From: Acidobacteriota bacterium
GTDB taxonomy: Bacteria; Acidobacteriota; Vicinamibacteria; Vicinamibacterales; 2-12-FULL-66-21
Length of the DNA stretch: 64,000 bases
Assembly (NCBI GenBank): GCA_046731735.1
Contig: JBKPLP010000038.1
Coordinates: 1,979-65,978, forward strand
Direction: 5' to 3'
Below the pieces are notes generated by a model. It was not told the DNA's origin and ran no database searches. It saw only the letters and a list, made by a program, of their open reading frames with translations. The translations under genes and the position numbers were made by a program. Below, in pieces: positions 9,769 through 21,859 of the stretch. Every line of letters begins with the position of its first letter. Within the stretch, counting starts at the first letter, position 1.

Positions 9769-10507
9769 GCTGTGACGTCATGAATGCGCGCACCAGCGGG
9801 TCGCCACTGCGATCGAGCTCCGCGGCCGGGCCGCGCGCGATGATCCGCCCGTCATGCAGCATGGCGAGCTCGTCTCCGAGGCGCCGCGCGCTCGGAATGT
9901 TGTGCGTGACGACAATCAGCGTGACGCCACCGCGCTTCTTGCGATCGAGCAGCAACTCATCGATCTCGTCGGCGGTGATGGGATCGAGTCCCGCACTCGG
10001 CTCGTCGACGAGGAGAATCTCCGGATCGAGCGCCATGGCGCGCGCCAGACCCGCCCGCTTGCGCATGCCGCCCGACAAATCGGCGGGCATCTTGCCGTAT
10101 TCGCGCTCGAGGCCGACCGCCTCCAGCCGTTCCAGTACGCGCTTGCGAATCTCCTGATCTTTCATCTTCGTATGCCGCCGCATCGGAAAGGCAACGTTCT
10201 CCCCCACCGTAATAGAGTCGAACAGCGCGGAATTCTGAAACAGGAACCCGATCTTGCGCCGCACCCGCGAAAGCTCCGCACCGCTCAGCGCGCTGATCTC
10301 GTCGCCGCCGACGAACACGCGCCCGCGATCCGGCTGGATCAGGCTGATGATGTGGCGCAGCGTGACGCTCTTGCCCGTGCCGCTTCGGCCCATGATGACG
10401 AACCCGCATCCTGGTGGCACCTCGAACGACACGTCATCGAGCACGCGCCGGCTGCCGAAGGACTTCGTGACGTGCTCGAGCCGCACGGCCGTGGCTTGCT
10501 GCAGCAT
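9758..10507 (-). CDS. mlaF: MlaF/Ttg2A-type ABC ATPase
   Basis: GRSGTGKS, LFQNSALFDS, LSGGMRKRAGLARA, DEPSAGLDP. Confidence 0.92.
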   Translation of the reverse strand: MLQQATAVRLEHVTKSFGSRRVLDDVSFEVPPGCGFVIMGRSGTGKSVTLRHIISLIQPDRGRVFVGGDEISALSGAELSRVRRKIGFLFQNSALFDSITVGENVAFPMRRHTKMKDQEIRKRVLERLEAVGLEREYGKMPADLSGGMRKRAGLARAMALDPEILLVDEPSAGLDPITADEIDELLLDRKKRGGVTLIVVTHNIPSARRLGDELAMLHDGRIIARGPAAELDRSGDPLVRAFMTSQHAG

Positions 10508-11317
10508 CTACCCGCCTCCCGCCTCGGGAAAGACGAAGAAGATGATCCGGACGAGCAGCACATTCGCCAGGATGATGAGGATCGACGAGAAGACCACGGC
10601 TCTGGTCGATGCGCGTCCGACCCCCTCGGTCCCCGATCCGGTGTTGAACCCGAGGTAGGACGACGTCGTCGCGATGATGAAGCCGAAGACCATCGTCTTC
10701 AGCGTCGCGGGAACATAATCGGTGATATCGATGAGCGAGAAGGCGCGGCGGAAATAGAGACCGAGCGACATGCCGTTGGCGGTCGTTTCCGCAATGAAGC
10801 CGCCCAACATGCCCGTAAAGTTCATGATCGTGGTCAGGATCGGCAGCGCGACAACGCACGCGATCACCCGCGTCACGACCAGGTAACGAAACGAGTCGAC
10901 CGCGGAGGCTTCGAGCGCGTCAATCTGCTCGGTCACACGCATGGCGCCCAGTTCGGCGCCGATGCCCGCGCCGATGCGTCCCGACAGCAGCAGGGCCGCG
11001 GTGAGCGGACCTGTTTCGCGCACGAGCGCGATGGCGAGGCCCGCAGGAATCATCGACTCGGCTCCGAAACGCTCGAGCGACGCGCGCGTATGCATCGAGA
11101 GAACAACCCCGACGGCGACGCCCGACACGGCGATCAGCGGCGCCGAGCGAAGCCCGAGCTCGTAGACCTGGCGAATCGTTTCGCGGACTTCGAAAGGTGG
11201 GACGAATACTTCGCGGGCGGCCTTCAACGCGAAAAGAGACGCTTCTCCAACCGAGCCGAGAAGCTCAACAGCCGAATTCCCGACACGTTCGAGCATGTAG
11301 ACAGCTGAGGGCTGCAA
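10508..11317 (-). CDS. mlaE: MlaE-family ABC permease (start may be 11296)
   Basis: RETGPLTAALLLSGRIGAGIGAELGAMRVTEQIDAL, GVGRASTRAVV. Confidence 0.92.
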   Translation of the reverse strand: MQPSAVYMLERVGNSAVELLGSVGEASLFALKAAREVFVPPFEVRETIRQVYELGLRSAPLIAVSGVAVGVVLSMHTRASLERFGAESMIPAGLAIALVRETGPLTAALLLSGRIGAGIGAELGAMRVTEQIDALEASAVDSFRYLVVTRVIACVVALPILTTIMNFTGMLGGFIAETTANGMSLGLYFRRAFSLIDITDYVPATLKTMVFGFIIATTSSYLGFNTGSGTEGVGRASTRAVVFSSILIILANVLLVRIIFFVFPEAGGG

Positions 11318-11338
11318 GAATCAGGCTCAGCGACCGAG

Positions 11339-11378
11339 CACCCTGTACCCTGAGCCCTGTACCCTGAGCCCTGAGCCC
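11339..11378. repeat. Heptamer tandem repeat CCCTG(TA/AG), about 5-6 units
   Basis: ccctgtaccctgagccctgtaccctgagccctgagccct. Confidence 0.8.
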
Positions 11379-12781
11379 TATCCGACCGGCGCGGCGCGCC
11401 GTGCAGCCCCCTTGCCGCCATCCTGGATTTCGTGCTTCTTCATCTTGCTGTAGAGCGTCGGACGATAGAGACCCAGGATCTGCGCCGCTTCCTGCTTGTT
11501 CCAGTTCGTGCGCTGCAGGGTCTGCAAGATCGCCATCTTCTCGATCTCCGCCAGCGTCCGGTGCGGGGGAATCACGAATTCGGTCGTGGTGGCGGTCTCC
11601 GTGCGCAGTGATTCCGGCAGGTCGTTGACGGTGATCTCCGATCCCTTCGCGACGAGCACCCCGCGCTCGATGACATTCTCGAGCTCGCGCACGTTGCCTG
11701 GCCAGCGGTGGCGAATGAGCACATGGTAGGCCGCCGGCGCGATCGACTTGACGTTGCGCTGGTGCCGCTGACGATATTTCTCGAGGAAGTGCTCGCACAG
11801 GAGCGGGATGTCCTCGGTCCGCTCGCGCAGCGGCGGCACCCGCAGCGTGATCGTATTGATCCGGAAGTACAGGTCCTCTCGCAGCTTGCCGTCTCGAAGC
11901 GCCGCGTCGAGGTCGATGTTCGTGGCACAGATGAGCCTGAAGTCGACGCGAACAATCCGATCGCTGCCAATCGGGCGATATTCCCGTTCCTGCAGGACGC
12001 GCAGCAGCTTGGTCTGGAGGTAGGGCGGCATCTCCCCGATTTCGTCGAGGAGCAGCGAGCCCCCCTCGGACATCTCGAACAGCCCTTCCTTGTCCGACGC
12101 GGCACCCGTGAAGGCGCCTTTCTTATAGCCGAACAACTCCGACTCGATCAGATCCTTCGGGATCGCCGCGCAGTTGATCTTGATGAACGGTCCTTTGGCG
12201 CGCTTGCTGTTGTAGTGGAGCGCGTTCGCGATCAGCTCCTTGCCGGTGCCGTTTTCCCCCTGAATCAGGATGTTCGCGTCGCTCCCGGCGACGCTCTCCA
12301 CCAGCTCCAGCACTTCATGCATCTTCTTGCTCTTGCCGATGATGTTCCCGAACCGGAACTGCCCCTCGAGCTTTTGCTTCAGCAGAAGGTTTTCACCCAC
12401 CAGATCGCGGCGCTCGATGGCGCGCTCGAGCATCTGCAGGAGGGTATCCGGCTCGATCGGCTTTTCCACGAAGCTGTGGGCCCCTGCCTTCATCGCTTCA
12501 ACCGCTTTCACGACGCTCCCGTGCCCGGTGACGACGATGACCTCCGTATCCGCGTGGATCTGCTTGAATTTCCGGAGGAGTTCGAGCCCGTCCGCATCGG
12601 GCAGCATCATGTCCGTCACGACGACATCGGGCTTCCACGTCTTGAAGATGTCCTCGCCACGCGTTCCAATCATCGCAGTCCGGACCTCGTACCCCTCGTG
12701 TTCGAGGAGGATTTTGAGCCATTCGATCATCGACGGTTCATCGTCGATCGCGAGTACCCGGTTGCGCTTCTTCATCGTCAT
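11378..12781 (-). CDS. NtrC/AtoC-family sigma54-dependent response regulator (REC-AAA+-Fis HTH)
   Basis: REC domain, GENGTGKE, ESELFGYKKGAFTGA, WPGNVRELEN, NKQEAAQILGLYRPTLYSKM. Confidence 0.95.
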   Translation of the reverse strand: MTMKKRNRVLAIDDEPSMIEWLKILLEHEGYEVRTAMIGTRGEDIFKTWKPDVVVTDMMLPDADGLELLRKFKQIHADTEVIVVTGHGSVVKAVEAMKAGAHSFVEKPIEPDTLLQMLERAIERRDLVGENLLLKQKLEGQFRFGNIIGKSKKMHEVLELVESVAGSDANILIQGENGTGKELIANALHYNSKRAKGPFIKINCAAIPKDLIESELFGYKKGAFTGAASDKEGLFEMSEGGSLLLDEIGEMPPYLQTKLLRVLQEREYRPIGSDRIVRVDFRLICATNIDLDAALRDGKLREDLYFRINTITLRVPPLRERTEDIPLLCEHFLEKYRQRHQRNVKSIAPAAYHVLIRHRWPGNVRELENVIERGVLVAKGSEITVNDLPESLRTETATTTEFVIPPHRTLAEIEKMAILQTLQRTNWNKQEAAQILGLYRPTLYSKMKKHEIQDGGKGAARRAAPVG

Positions 12782-12997
12782 AGAATCTGCCCCGTCCGCT
12801 GACCCATCCGATACCCCGGCAGGTTTGCGCCGTCAACACATACACAAATTACGCGCTTCAGCGCCAAATAAGTATACACATCCACGCAGTCACGTTCGAT
12901 ATACCGACACGTGTCCGAATAGCATACAGCACTAACTATTCGACGATGAGCAGTTTACGCGGTTGAGACGCGGCGCCCGGCGGGCGGGATCGGCCCA

Positions 12998-13003
12998 TAT
13001 AAT
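12998..13003 (+). promoter_or_regulatory. -10 box of the liu operon
   Basis: TATAAT 6 nt before ATG 13010. Confidence 0.55.
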
Positions 13004-13009
13004 CACCGC

Positions 13010-13108
13010 ATGTCCGAGCCTCCGAACCCCATCCGGGACGTCGTCTCATCGCCGGCAACGTCGGGCATCGCGAGGGCGTCGTTGAAGACCGACTGCTGCG
13101 GCTGGTAG
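13010..13108 (+). CDS. Putative leaderless 32-aa u[35 protein letters not shown]
   Basis: ATG 6 nt after TATAAT; stop ends 1 nt before GTG 13110. Confidence 0.4.
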   Translation: MSEPPNPIRDVVSSPATSGIARASLKTDCCGW

Positions 13109-13109
13109 C

Positions 13110-14717
13110 GTGGACATTCTCGAATCGCATCTCGATCCTTCGGCCGATCTCTTCCGCTCGAATCGCGACCGCATGGCGGCGCTCGTCACCGAGTTGCGCG
13201 AGCGAACGGCAGCCGTGAAGCAGGGGGGAGGCGCGAGATACGTAGAGCGACACCGGGCTCAGGGCAAGCTGCCCGTACGGGAGCGGATCGACAGGTTGCT
13301 CGACGACGGATCATCCTTCCTCGAGTTGTCCGCGCTTGCCGCGTGGGATCTGTATCACAACGAGGCTCCCTCCGCCGGGATCGTCACCGGGGTCGGCCGC
13401 GTCTCGGGCCGGGAGGTGCTGGTCGTCGCCAACGACGCGACCGTCAAGGGCGGCACGTACTATCCCATCACGGTCAAGAAGCATCTGCGCGCGCAGGAAG
13501 TCGCCCTGCAGAACCGGCTGCCCTGCGTGTATCTCGTCGACTCGGGTGGCGCGTTTCTGCCGCTGCAGGCGGAGGTATTTCCCGACCGCGATCATTTCGG
13601 CCGCATCTTCTTCAATCAGGCGCGCATGTCGGCCGAGCGCGTCCCGCAGATCGCGGTGGTGATGGGCTCATGCACCGCCGGCGGTGCATACGTGCCGGCG
13701 ATGTCGGACGAAACGATCATCGTCAAGGGAACCGGGACCATCTTTCTCGGTGGTCCGCCACTGGTGAAGGCTGCGACGGGCGAAGAAGTTACCGCCGAGG
13801 AACTCGGTGGCGCGGACGTCCACACACGGCTCTCCGGCGTCGCCGACTATTACGCGGAAGACGACGACCACGCGCTGCACCTGGCGCGGACGGTTGTCGG
13901 CACGCTGAATACGTCCAAGCGCGTGCCCGGAGACCTTGCCGCGCCCGAAGACCCGCGGTACGACCCGGCCGAGATCTACGGCATCGTCAACACCGACACG
14001 CGCAAGCCGTACGAAGTACGGGAGATCATTGCCCGGCTCGTCGACGGCTCGCGATTCGACGAGTTCAAGGAGCGCTACGCGACGACGCTCGTGACAGGGT
14101 TCGCCCGCCTCCATGGCTTCCTCGTCGGCATTGTCGCGAACAACGGCGTCCTGTTCTCGGAATCCGCGCTGAAGGCGACGCATTTCATCGAGCTGTGCAA
14201 CCTTCGCGGCATCCCGTTGATTTTTCTTCAGAACATCACCGGCTTCATGGTCGGCCGCGAGTACGAGCGGGGCGGCATTGCAAAGGACGGCGCGAAGATG
14301 GTCCACGCCGTCGCGAATTCGGCCGTGCCGAAGTTCACCGTGATCATTGGCGGATCGTTCGGCGCCGGCAACTATGGGATGTGCGGGCGCGCGTACGAAC
14401 CGCGCTTTCTCTGGATGTGGCCGAACGCGCGGATTTCCGTGATGGGAGGGGAACAGGCGGCGGGCGTGCTCGCGACCGTGAAACGCGATCAGCTGGCGCG
14501 CGAAGGCCGGGAACTCTCCGCCGAGGAAGAGGCCGCGATCCGCGATCCCATTTTGGACAAGTACGATCGCGAAGGGTCCCCCTACTATTCCACGGCGCGC
14601 CTGTGGGACGATGGCATTCTGGATCCGGCGGAAACCCGGACGGCGCTCGCGCTCGGGCTGTCGGCGTCGTTCAATGCCCCGATCTCGGACGCGAGGTTCG
14701 GCATCTTCCGGATGTAA
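13110..14717 (+). CDS. liuB: Methylcrotonoyl-CoA carboxylase beta (carboxyltransferase) subunit
   Basis: [59 protein letters not shown]. Confidence 0.95.
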   Translation: MDILESHLDPSADLFRSNRDRMAALVTELRERTAAVKQGGGARYVERHRAQGKLPVRERIDRLLDDGSSFLELSALAAWDLYHNEAPSAGIVTGVGRVSGREVLVVANDATVKGGTYYPITVKKHLRAQEVALQNRLPCVYLVDSGGAFLPLQAEVFPDRDHFGRIFFNQARMSAERVPQIAVVMGSCTAGGAYVPAMSDETIIVKGTGTIFLGGPPLVKAATGEEVTAEELGGADVHTRLSGVADYYAEDDDHALHLARTVVGTLNTSKRVPGDLAAPEDPRYDPAEIYGIVNTDTRKPYEVREIIARLVDGSRFDEFKERYATTLVTGFARLHGFLVGIVANNGVLFSESALKATHFIELCNLRGIPLIFLQNITGFMVGREYERGGIAKDGAKMVHAVANSAVPKFTVIIGGSFGAGNYGMCGRAYEPRFLWMWPNARISVMGGEQAAGVLATVKRDQLAREGRELSAEEEAAIRDPILDKYDREGSPYYSTARLWDDGILDPAETRTALALGLSASFNAPISDARFGIFRM

Positions 14718-14729
14718 CGACACGCGCAC

Positions 14730-15506
14730 ATGCCGTCCATTCTGACCAGCCGCGAAGGCCCCGTTCTCCGCCTGACGTTGAACCGGCCCGACGTCCGGAA
14801 CGCGTTCGACGAGGAGCTGATCGCGGCCTTGACGTCGGCGGCCGCGGAGGCGGCGGACGATCACACGCTGCGCGCGGCGGTACTCGCCGGAAGCGGAAAG
14901 ACATTCTGTGCCGGCGCGGACATCGGCTGGATGTCGAAGGCCATTGCCTACACGCAGCGCGAGAATCTCAGCGACGCGGAAGACCTCTCGCGGATGCTCG
15001 AGCGGCTCGACACGCTGGCGCTGCCGCTGGTCGGACGCGTCCATGGTGCCGCGCTCGGCGGCGGCGTCGGGCTGGCGGCGGTCTGCGACATCGTCATCGC
15101 GGCGGAGGACGCGGTCTTCGCGTTGAGCGAGGTGAAGCTGGGCATCGTCCCCGCGGTGGTCGCCCCTTATGTGTTGCGCAAGATCGGCGTGTCCGCGGCG
15201 CGCGAGCTGTTTCTGACGGGCGCCCGGTTCAGCGCCGCGCGCGCAAAGGAGATCGGCCTCGTCCATGAGGTCGTCCCCGCGGGCGACCTCGACGCGGCGA
15301 TCGGCCGGCGCCTCGCGGAGATCCTCAGCGCGGGACCGAAGGCCGTGGCCATTGCCAAGGCGCTGATTCGAGAGATTGCGGGCGCGAACCCACGGGACGT
15401 GATCGGGCTGACCACCAACACCATCGCGTCGCAGCGCGTCTCGGAGGAAGGACAGGAAGGGCTGCGGGCGTTTCTCGAGAAGCGCAAGCCGCACTGGATC
15501 GCATGA
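14730..15506 (+). CDS. liuC: Methylglutaconyl-CoA hydratase (crotonase family)
   Basis: LNRPDVRNAF, FCAGAD, GGGVGLAAVCD, EGLRAFLEKRKP; operon context. Confidence 0.88.
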   Translation: MPSILTSREGPVLRLTLNRPDVRNAFDEELIAALTSAAAEAADDHTLRAAVLAGSGKTFCAGADIGWMSKAIAYTQRENLSDAEDLSRMLERLDTLALPLVGRVHGAALGGGVGLAAVCDIVIAAEDAVFALSEVKLGIVPAVVAPYVLRKIGVSAARELFLTGARFSAARAKEIGLVHEVVPAGDLDAAIGRRLAEILSAGPKAVAIAKALIREIAGANPRDVIGLTTNTIASQRVSEEGQEGLRAFLEKRKPHWIA

Positions 15507-17002
15507 CGCTCGGGCGCGTGCTCATCGCGAACCGTGGCGAAATCGCGATTCGAATCGCGCGGGCCTGTCGCGAGTCGGCCATCGAAAGCGTCGCGGTCTA
15601 CTCCGAGGCGGATCGGGATTCGGCGCATGTCCGGGCCGCCGACCTCGCCGTCCCGATCGGCGCTGCGGCGCCGTCACAAAGTTACCTCTCGATCCCGACG
15701 ATCATCGCCGCTGCCCGCTCGGTTGGGTGTGACGCGGTGCATCCCGGTTACGGCTTCCTGTCGGAGAACGCTGCGTTTGCCCGCGCTTGTACGGAAGCAG
15801 GACTGATCTTCGTCGGTCCGCCGGCGGAGGTCATCGAGCACATGGGGTCAAAGGTGGCGGCGCGCGAACTGATGATGCAGGCCGGCGTCCCGGTCGTGCC
15901 TGGCGTGACGCCGGCGGATCAAAGCGACCAGGGCGTCCTGACTGCGGCAGAGAAGGTTGGCTTTCCGGTCCTGGTGAAGGCGTCGGCGGGGGGCGGCGGA
16001 AAGGGCATGCGAGTTGTCCGTGACGCGGCTTCAGCGGCCGGCCTCGTCGCGGCGGCACGCCGCGAAGCCACCGCGGCATTCGCGGACGGCACCCTCTATG
16101 TCGAGCGCCTCATCGATCGTCCGCGCCACGTCGAAATGCAGGTGTTCGGAGACATCCACGGTCATGTCGTCCATCTGTTCGAACGCGAGTGCTCAATCCA
16201 GCGCCGCCACCAGAAGGTGATCGAGGAAAGCCCGTCGACCGCGCTGACGCCCGGTCTGCGCAACGCGATGGGAGAAGCAGCGGTCGCCGCCGCCCGCGCG
16301 GCACGGTACGTCAATGCGGGGACGATCGAGTTTCTCATCGAAGAGGCTGGCGACTCGGCGCGGTTCTACTTTCTCGAGATGAATACCCGGCTCCAGGTCG
16401 AGCACCCCGTGACCGAGGCGGTGACCGGGGTCGATTTGGTTCGCGCCCAGTTCGCGGTCGCATCGGGAGAGGCACTGCCATGGACCCAGTCGGACCTCAC
16501 CCAGCGCGGACACGCAATCGAATGCCGCGTGTATGCGGAGGACCCGGCGAACGGATTCCTTCCGCAGGCGGGCCCACTTCTCCTCTATCGCGAGCCGGAC
16601 GCGCCTGGTGTGCGCATCGATTCAGGCGTGGTCGAAGGCGGGAGTGTCCCGGTCAATTACGATCCACTGCTCGCGAAGGTCACGGCGCTCGCGGAATCGA
16701 GGCCGACAGCGATAGCGCGGATGGTCGCCGCGTTGCGCCGGTTTCCGATTCTGGGCATCCGGACCAACCTGCCGTTCCTCATTCGGGTCCTCGAACATCC
16801 GGACTTTGGCGCGGGACGCCTGCACACCGGGTTCATCGACGAGCACGCGGAGGCGTTTCTCACGCCGCGCGAGGCACCGCCCGAGGCCTTTGCGGCTGCG
16901 GTTCTGGGGGTGCCGCCCCTTCGGTCCACTTCTTCGGACTTTTCAGACTCGTCGCCAGCGTCGGCTGACCCCTGGACGACCATAAGAGCCTGGGGCCGTT
17001 GA
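15503..17002 (+). CDS. liuD: Biotin carboxylase subunit of methylcrotonoyl-CoA carboxylase
   Basis: IANRGEIA, HPGYGFLSEN, GGGGKGMR, ERECSIQRRHQK, EMNTRLQVEHPVTE. Confidence 0.93.
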   Translation: MTLGRVLIANRGEIAIRIARACRESAIESVAVYSEADRDSAHVRAADLAVPIGAAAPSQSYLSIPTIIAAARSVGCDAVHPGYGFLSENAAFARACTEAGLIFVGPPAEVIEHMGSKVAARELMMQAGVPVVPGVTPADQSDQGVLTAAEKVGFPVLVKASAGGGGKGMRVVRDAASAAGLVAAARREATAAFADGTLYVERLIDRPRHVEMQVFGDIHGHVVHLFERECSIQRRHQKVIEESPSTALTPGLRNAMGEAAVAAARAARYVNAGTIEFLIEEAGDSARFYFLEMNTRLQVEHPVTEAVTGVDLVRAQFAVASGEALPWTQSDLTQRGHAIECRVYAEDPANGFLPQAGPLLLYREPDAPGVRIDSGVVEGGSVPVNYDPLLAKVTALAESRPTAIARMVAALRRFPILGIRTNLPFLIRVLEHPDFGAGRLHTGFIDEHAEAFLTPREAPPEAFAAAVLGVPPLRSTSSDFSDSSPASADPWTTIRAWGR

Positions 17003-17003
17003 G

Positions 17004-17468
17004 ATGCGCACGGTAATCCTCCGCGACGATCATCGCGAGCGCCGGGTCTCGATCGACGAAAACGGCCGGGTGTGGATCGATGACGTCGCCGTTCCCGCGA
17101 GCGACCTGTCCCCCGGCGTCGTCCGCGTCGGCGACCGTCCCGGCCGCCTTGCATGGGTCGCCGCCGCAGGGGACGTGCGATGGGTGCATGTCGACGGCGA
17201 AGTGTACGAGCTCGAAGTCCTGCGTGCGGGGACACGCCGCCGAAAGGGCGCTGCCCATGCCTCGCTGTCAGCGCCAATGCCCGGTACCGTCGTCCGCGTC
17301 GAGGTCGCGCCCGGTGCGACGGTCCGTCGCGGGGATACGCTGGTCATCCTGGAAGCGATGAAGATGGAGTTGCCGATTCGCGCTACCGCCGATGGTGTGG
17401 TGAAGGCCGTCCACTGTCGACCCGGCGATCTCGTTCAGCCGGGCGTGTCGCTGGTCGACGTCGAGTGA
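17004..17468 (+). CDS. Biotin carboxyl carrier protein
   Basis: APMPG...LEAMKME biotinylation motif. Confidence 0.92.
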   Translation: MRTVILRDDHRERRVSIDENGRVWIDDVAVPASDLSPGVVRVGDRPGRLAWVAAAGDVRWVHVDGEVYELEVLRAGTRRRKGAAHASLSAPMPGTVVRVEVAPGATVRRGDTLVILEAMKMELPIRATADGVVKAVHCRPGDLVQPGVSLVDVE

Positions 17469-18360
17469 TGCAGCACCCCGAAAGCGTCACGATCGTAGAG
17501 GTCGGACCGCGCGATGGTCTCCAGAACGAGAGCTCGCCGGTGTCGACCGCGGACAAAATTGGATTCGTCGATCGCCTCTCGGCATCCGGCCTGCCGGTCA
17601 TCGAAGTATCGGCCTTCGTGAGCCCGAAGTGGGTTCCGGCGATGTCCGATGCGGCCGCCGTCTTCGCAGGGATCGCGCGACGCGACGGTACACGCTATGC
17701 CGCGCTCGTGCCGAACCTTGCCGGTCTCGAGCGCGCGCAAGCGGCCGGCGTGCGCGAGGTCGGCATCTTTGCCGCCGCATCAGAGACGTTCAGCCGCCGG
17801 AATATCAACCAAACCATCGACGCATCCCTGGAAACCTATCGCGCCGTCTGCGCACGCGCACAGGAACTGGACATCGCGGTCCGCGGCTATGTCTCGGCCG
17901 CGTTCGGCTGCCCGTTCGAGGGAGAGGTGCCGCCGGCGCGGGTGGCCGACGTCGCGGATGCGCTGATCCACATGGGCGCCTTCGAGGTTGCCATCAGCGA
18001 CACGATCGGCATCGCACACCCCGGCCAGATTCCGCGGGTGCTCGGCGCCGTCACCGCGCGTGTGCCGCTTGCCCTGGTGGCGCTTCACTTTCACGACACG
18101 CGAGGGACCGCGCTTGCGAACGTCCTCGCCGCCCTCGACGCGGGCGTCACCACGTTCGATGCGTCCGGCGGCGGGCTCGGCGGCTGCCCGTACGCGCCAG
18201 GGGCGACGGGGAACCTCGCCACCGAGGACCTCGTGTTCATGCTCGACGGCCTGGGGATTCGGACGGGTGTCGACCTCGAGAAGGTCGTGGCAGCCTCGGC
18301 ATTCATCGAGCCCAAAGTCGGCCATCCGCTTCCCTCGCGCTATTACAGAGCGGTTACAGG

Positions 18361-18379
<19 letters not shown>
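17468..18379 (+). CDS. liuE: Hydroxymethylglutaryl-CoA lyase
   Basis: EVGPRDGLQNE, HFHDTRG, GGLGGCPYAPGATGNLATED; ATG overlaps the upstream TGA. Confidence 0.95.
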
Positions 18380-19507
<1,128 letters not shown>

Positions 19508-19690
19508 ATTCAGATCGGCATGAACGATTGCATCCGCCTCATCCGTCCGGTTCCGCGAGGTTTTCGACGGGCGGCGCCCCCTAGTTTTCGCAGTGCGCCG
19601 GTGTGTAACCAACGCCACACTCCCTCCCGGCAACGCTCCAGTTGCGGTGCCAAATGTCTGAATTGCAAAGGATTCGCCCCAAATACCGTC

Positions 19691-19706
19691 GGGCACCGCG
19701 ATTGCT
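19691..19706 (+). promoter_or_regulatory. Candidate sigma54 promoter of the L,D-transpeptidase gene
   Basis: GGGCAC-CGCGA-TTGCT, 14 nt before ATG 19721. Confidence 0.6.
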
Positions 19707-19720
19707 GTGGTAGCGGCGGG

Positions 19721-21481
19721 ATGTGGACCATTATGCGACGACTGACTCCGTGGGTTCTCTGCCTCGCGCTCGCTGCCGGGTGTGGCGGGATCAAAGCGAA
19801 CAGCGGCAAAGATACCGTGGGGACCTCCGGCCGCCGAGGCGCGATCGAAACGAACGTTCAGCAGATCGTGCGGGGCGGCAATCCACCCGACTACGTGACG
19901 CGCGATCCTGAAGGGGCGCGCCTCTGGAAACAGACGCGCGCATTCTACGAGAAGCGCAACTTCGAGCCGGCCTGGATCGACGAGGGGTCACCGCGCGGCC
20001 AGATGGACGCGCTCATCCGCGCAATTCATGCGGCTGACGATGAAGGTCTCGATCCCGAACTCTACAGTGCCAGCATGCTGGACGCGCAACTCCGGGAAGC
20101 GTCGAAAGGGTTTCTGACGAAAAAAGGGTTCAAGCCGGAAGAGGCCACGAAGATGGAAGTGTGGCTTACCTGGCTGTACATGAAGTACGCATCCGACCTG
20201 GCGGATGGCATCTCCGATCTCGCGCACTCGGACCCGAAGTGGCAAATCAAGCCGGAGGCGTTCGATGCGCTGGCGCATCTCGAGGGCGCACTTCGCGACA
20301 ACCGCATCGAGCAATCGCTCCAGGACCTGGTCCCGGCCAACCCAGAGTACGCGGCGCTGAAGAAGGCGCTCAAGGATTATCGCCAGATTGCGGCAAAGGG
20401 CGGATGGCCGCAGGTCCCGGGCCGGCCGACGGTGAAGATGAAACCAGGGCAGAGCAGCCCGATGGTGCCAGCCCTCGCTGCGCGGCTTGCCGCGACCGGC
20501 GACTATTCCGGCGCCGTTGCTCCCGCCGGCCAACCGGCGACGTTGAGTCCGGACCTTCACGAGGCCGTGAGGCGGTTCCAGCGGCGGCATGGGCTGGAGG
20601 ATGACGGAATCGTCGGCGCCCCGACGCTCGCCGAATTGAATGTGCCGGTCGATGCGCGGATTCATCAAATCGAACGCAATCTGGAGCGCTGGCGCTGGCT
20701 GCCGCACGATCTCGGTGAGCGCTACCTGCTCGTGAACATCCCGGAGATGCGCCTCGACGTCTGGGATCACGGTCAGGTGCCGCTTTCGATGAAAGTCGTG
20801 GTCGGCAAGCCTGACACGCAGACGCCGATCTTCAACGACGAGATGACGCACATCATCTTTTCGCCCTACTGGAACGTGCCACCGGATATCGCAGAGAAGG
20901 AAACGATGCCGTCGGTGATGCGCGATCCGGCGTTTCTCAGCCGGATGAACATGGAGGTCGTGGACGCGAACGGCAACTCCGTCGATCCCTCGTCGGTCGA
21001 CCTGTCGACGCCCGGCAACTACCGCTTTCGGCAGCGGCCAGGGACATCGAACGCGCTGGGACTCGTGAAGTTCATGTTCCCGAATCAGTTCGACGTGTAC
21101 CTGCACGACACGCCGGCCGACTCCCTGTTCGCGCGTGCCAGCCGCTCGTTCAGTCACGGGTGCGTGCGGGTCGAACAACCCGAGGAGCTAGCCCAATACG
21201 TCCTCCGGGATCAGCCCGAGTGGACGCGGGAGAAAATCGACGAAGCCATGCACGCCGGACAGGAGCAGACCGTCAAGCTCAAGGCGCCGATCCCCGTGTA
21301 TCTGGGTTACTGGACGGCTCGGGTGACACCGGACGGAGTCGTCCAGTTCAGGAAGGACGTCTACGGGATCGACGCGCGGCTGACGACGAGGCTGACCGAA
21401 CGTCTGCAGCGCATGCGGCAGAGCGCGGAGGCCGCCGCCACGACGGTACCGGCGCCGGCACCGCATGACCGGAAGAAATAG
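19721..21481 (+). CDS. YcbB/LdtD-like L,D-transpeptidase, probable lipoprotein (start 19721 or 19733)
   Basis: Lipobox LAAGC, PG-binding AVRRFQRRHGLEDDGIVG, YLHDTP...FSHGCVRV. Confidence 0.92.
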   Translation: MWTIMRRLTPWVLCLALAAGCGGIKANSGKDTVGTSGRRGAIETNVQQIVRGGNPPDYVTRDPEGARLWKQTRAFYEKRNFEPAWIDEGSPRGQMDALIRAIHAADDEGLDPELYSASMLDAQLREASKGFLTKKGFKPEEATKMEVWLTWLYMKYASDLADGISDLAHSDPKWQIKPEAFDALAHLEGALRDNRIEQSLQDLVPANPEYAALKKALKDYRQIAAKGGWPQVPGRPTVKMKPGQSSPMVPALAARLAATGDYSGAVAPAGQPATLSPDLHEAVRRFQRRHGLEDDGIVGAPTLAELNVPVDARIHQIERNLERWRWLPHDLGERYLLVNIPEMRLDVWDHGQVPLSMKVVVGKPDTQTPIFNDEMTHIIFSPYWNVPPDIAEKETMPSVMRDPAFLSRMNMEVVDANGNSVDPSSVDLSTPGNYRFRQRPGTSNALGLVKFMFPNQFDVYLHDTPADSLFARASRSFSHGCVRVEQPEELAQYVLRDQPEWTREKIDEAMHAGQEQTVKLKAPIPVYLGYWTARVTPDGVVQFRKDVYGIDARLTTRLTERLQRMRQSAEAAATTVPAPAPHDRKK

Positions 21482-21484
21482 CGG

Positions 21485-21859
21485 TCAGGCCGGCCGATCG
21501 TCGGGATGGCAGAACTGCGTCACGCAGCCGAGAAGCTCTTCGAGGTCGACCGGTTTCGAGAGATACGCATCGGCGTCGATTCGCTCGATTCGGTCGCGGC
21601 CGGCGGCCGACACCACGATGACGGGGATCTTCGCCAGATTCTCGTTCTTCACCTGCGCCTGACGGAATTGCCAGCCGTCCATGACCGGCATCATCAAATC
21701 GAGCAGGATCACGCAAGCGCGTGAGCCCCCGCCGAGCCGCTCGAGCGCCAGCTTGCCGTTCTCGGCGCTTTCGACTGTAAACCCTTCCAGTTCGAGGAAA
21801 CGCGCCAGCATCTCGCGCGTATCGAGATCGTCTTCCACGATGAAGACCGTTGGGCTCAC
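21485..21859 (-). CDS. Single-domain response regulator
   Basis: IVEDD...LLDLMMPVMDG...VSA...KP; GTG overlaps the upstream stop. Confidence 0.9.
   Translation of the reverse strand: MSPTVFIVEDDLDTREMLARFLELEGFTVESAENGKLALERLGGGSRACVILLDLMMPVMDGWQFRQAQVKNENLAKIPVIVVSAAGRDRIERIDADAYLSKPVDLEELLGCVTQFCHPDDRPA

Noticed and set aside
13343..15494. Long alternative-frame and antisense ORFs (641 aa, 608 aa; also 46263-48278 and 9854-11308)
   Set aside because: Arg/Ala/Pro-rich shadows of well-supported genes, expected at this GC content.
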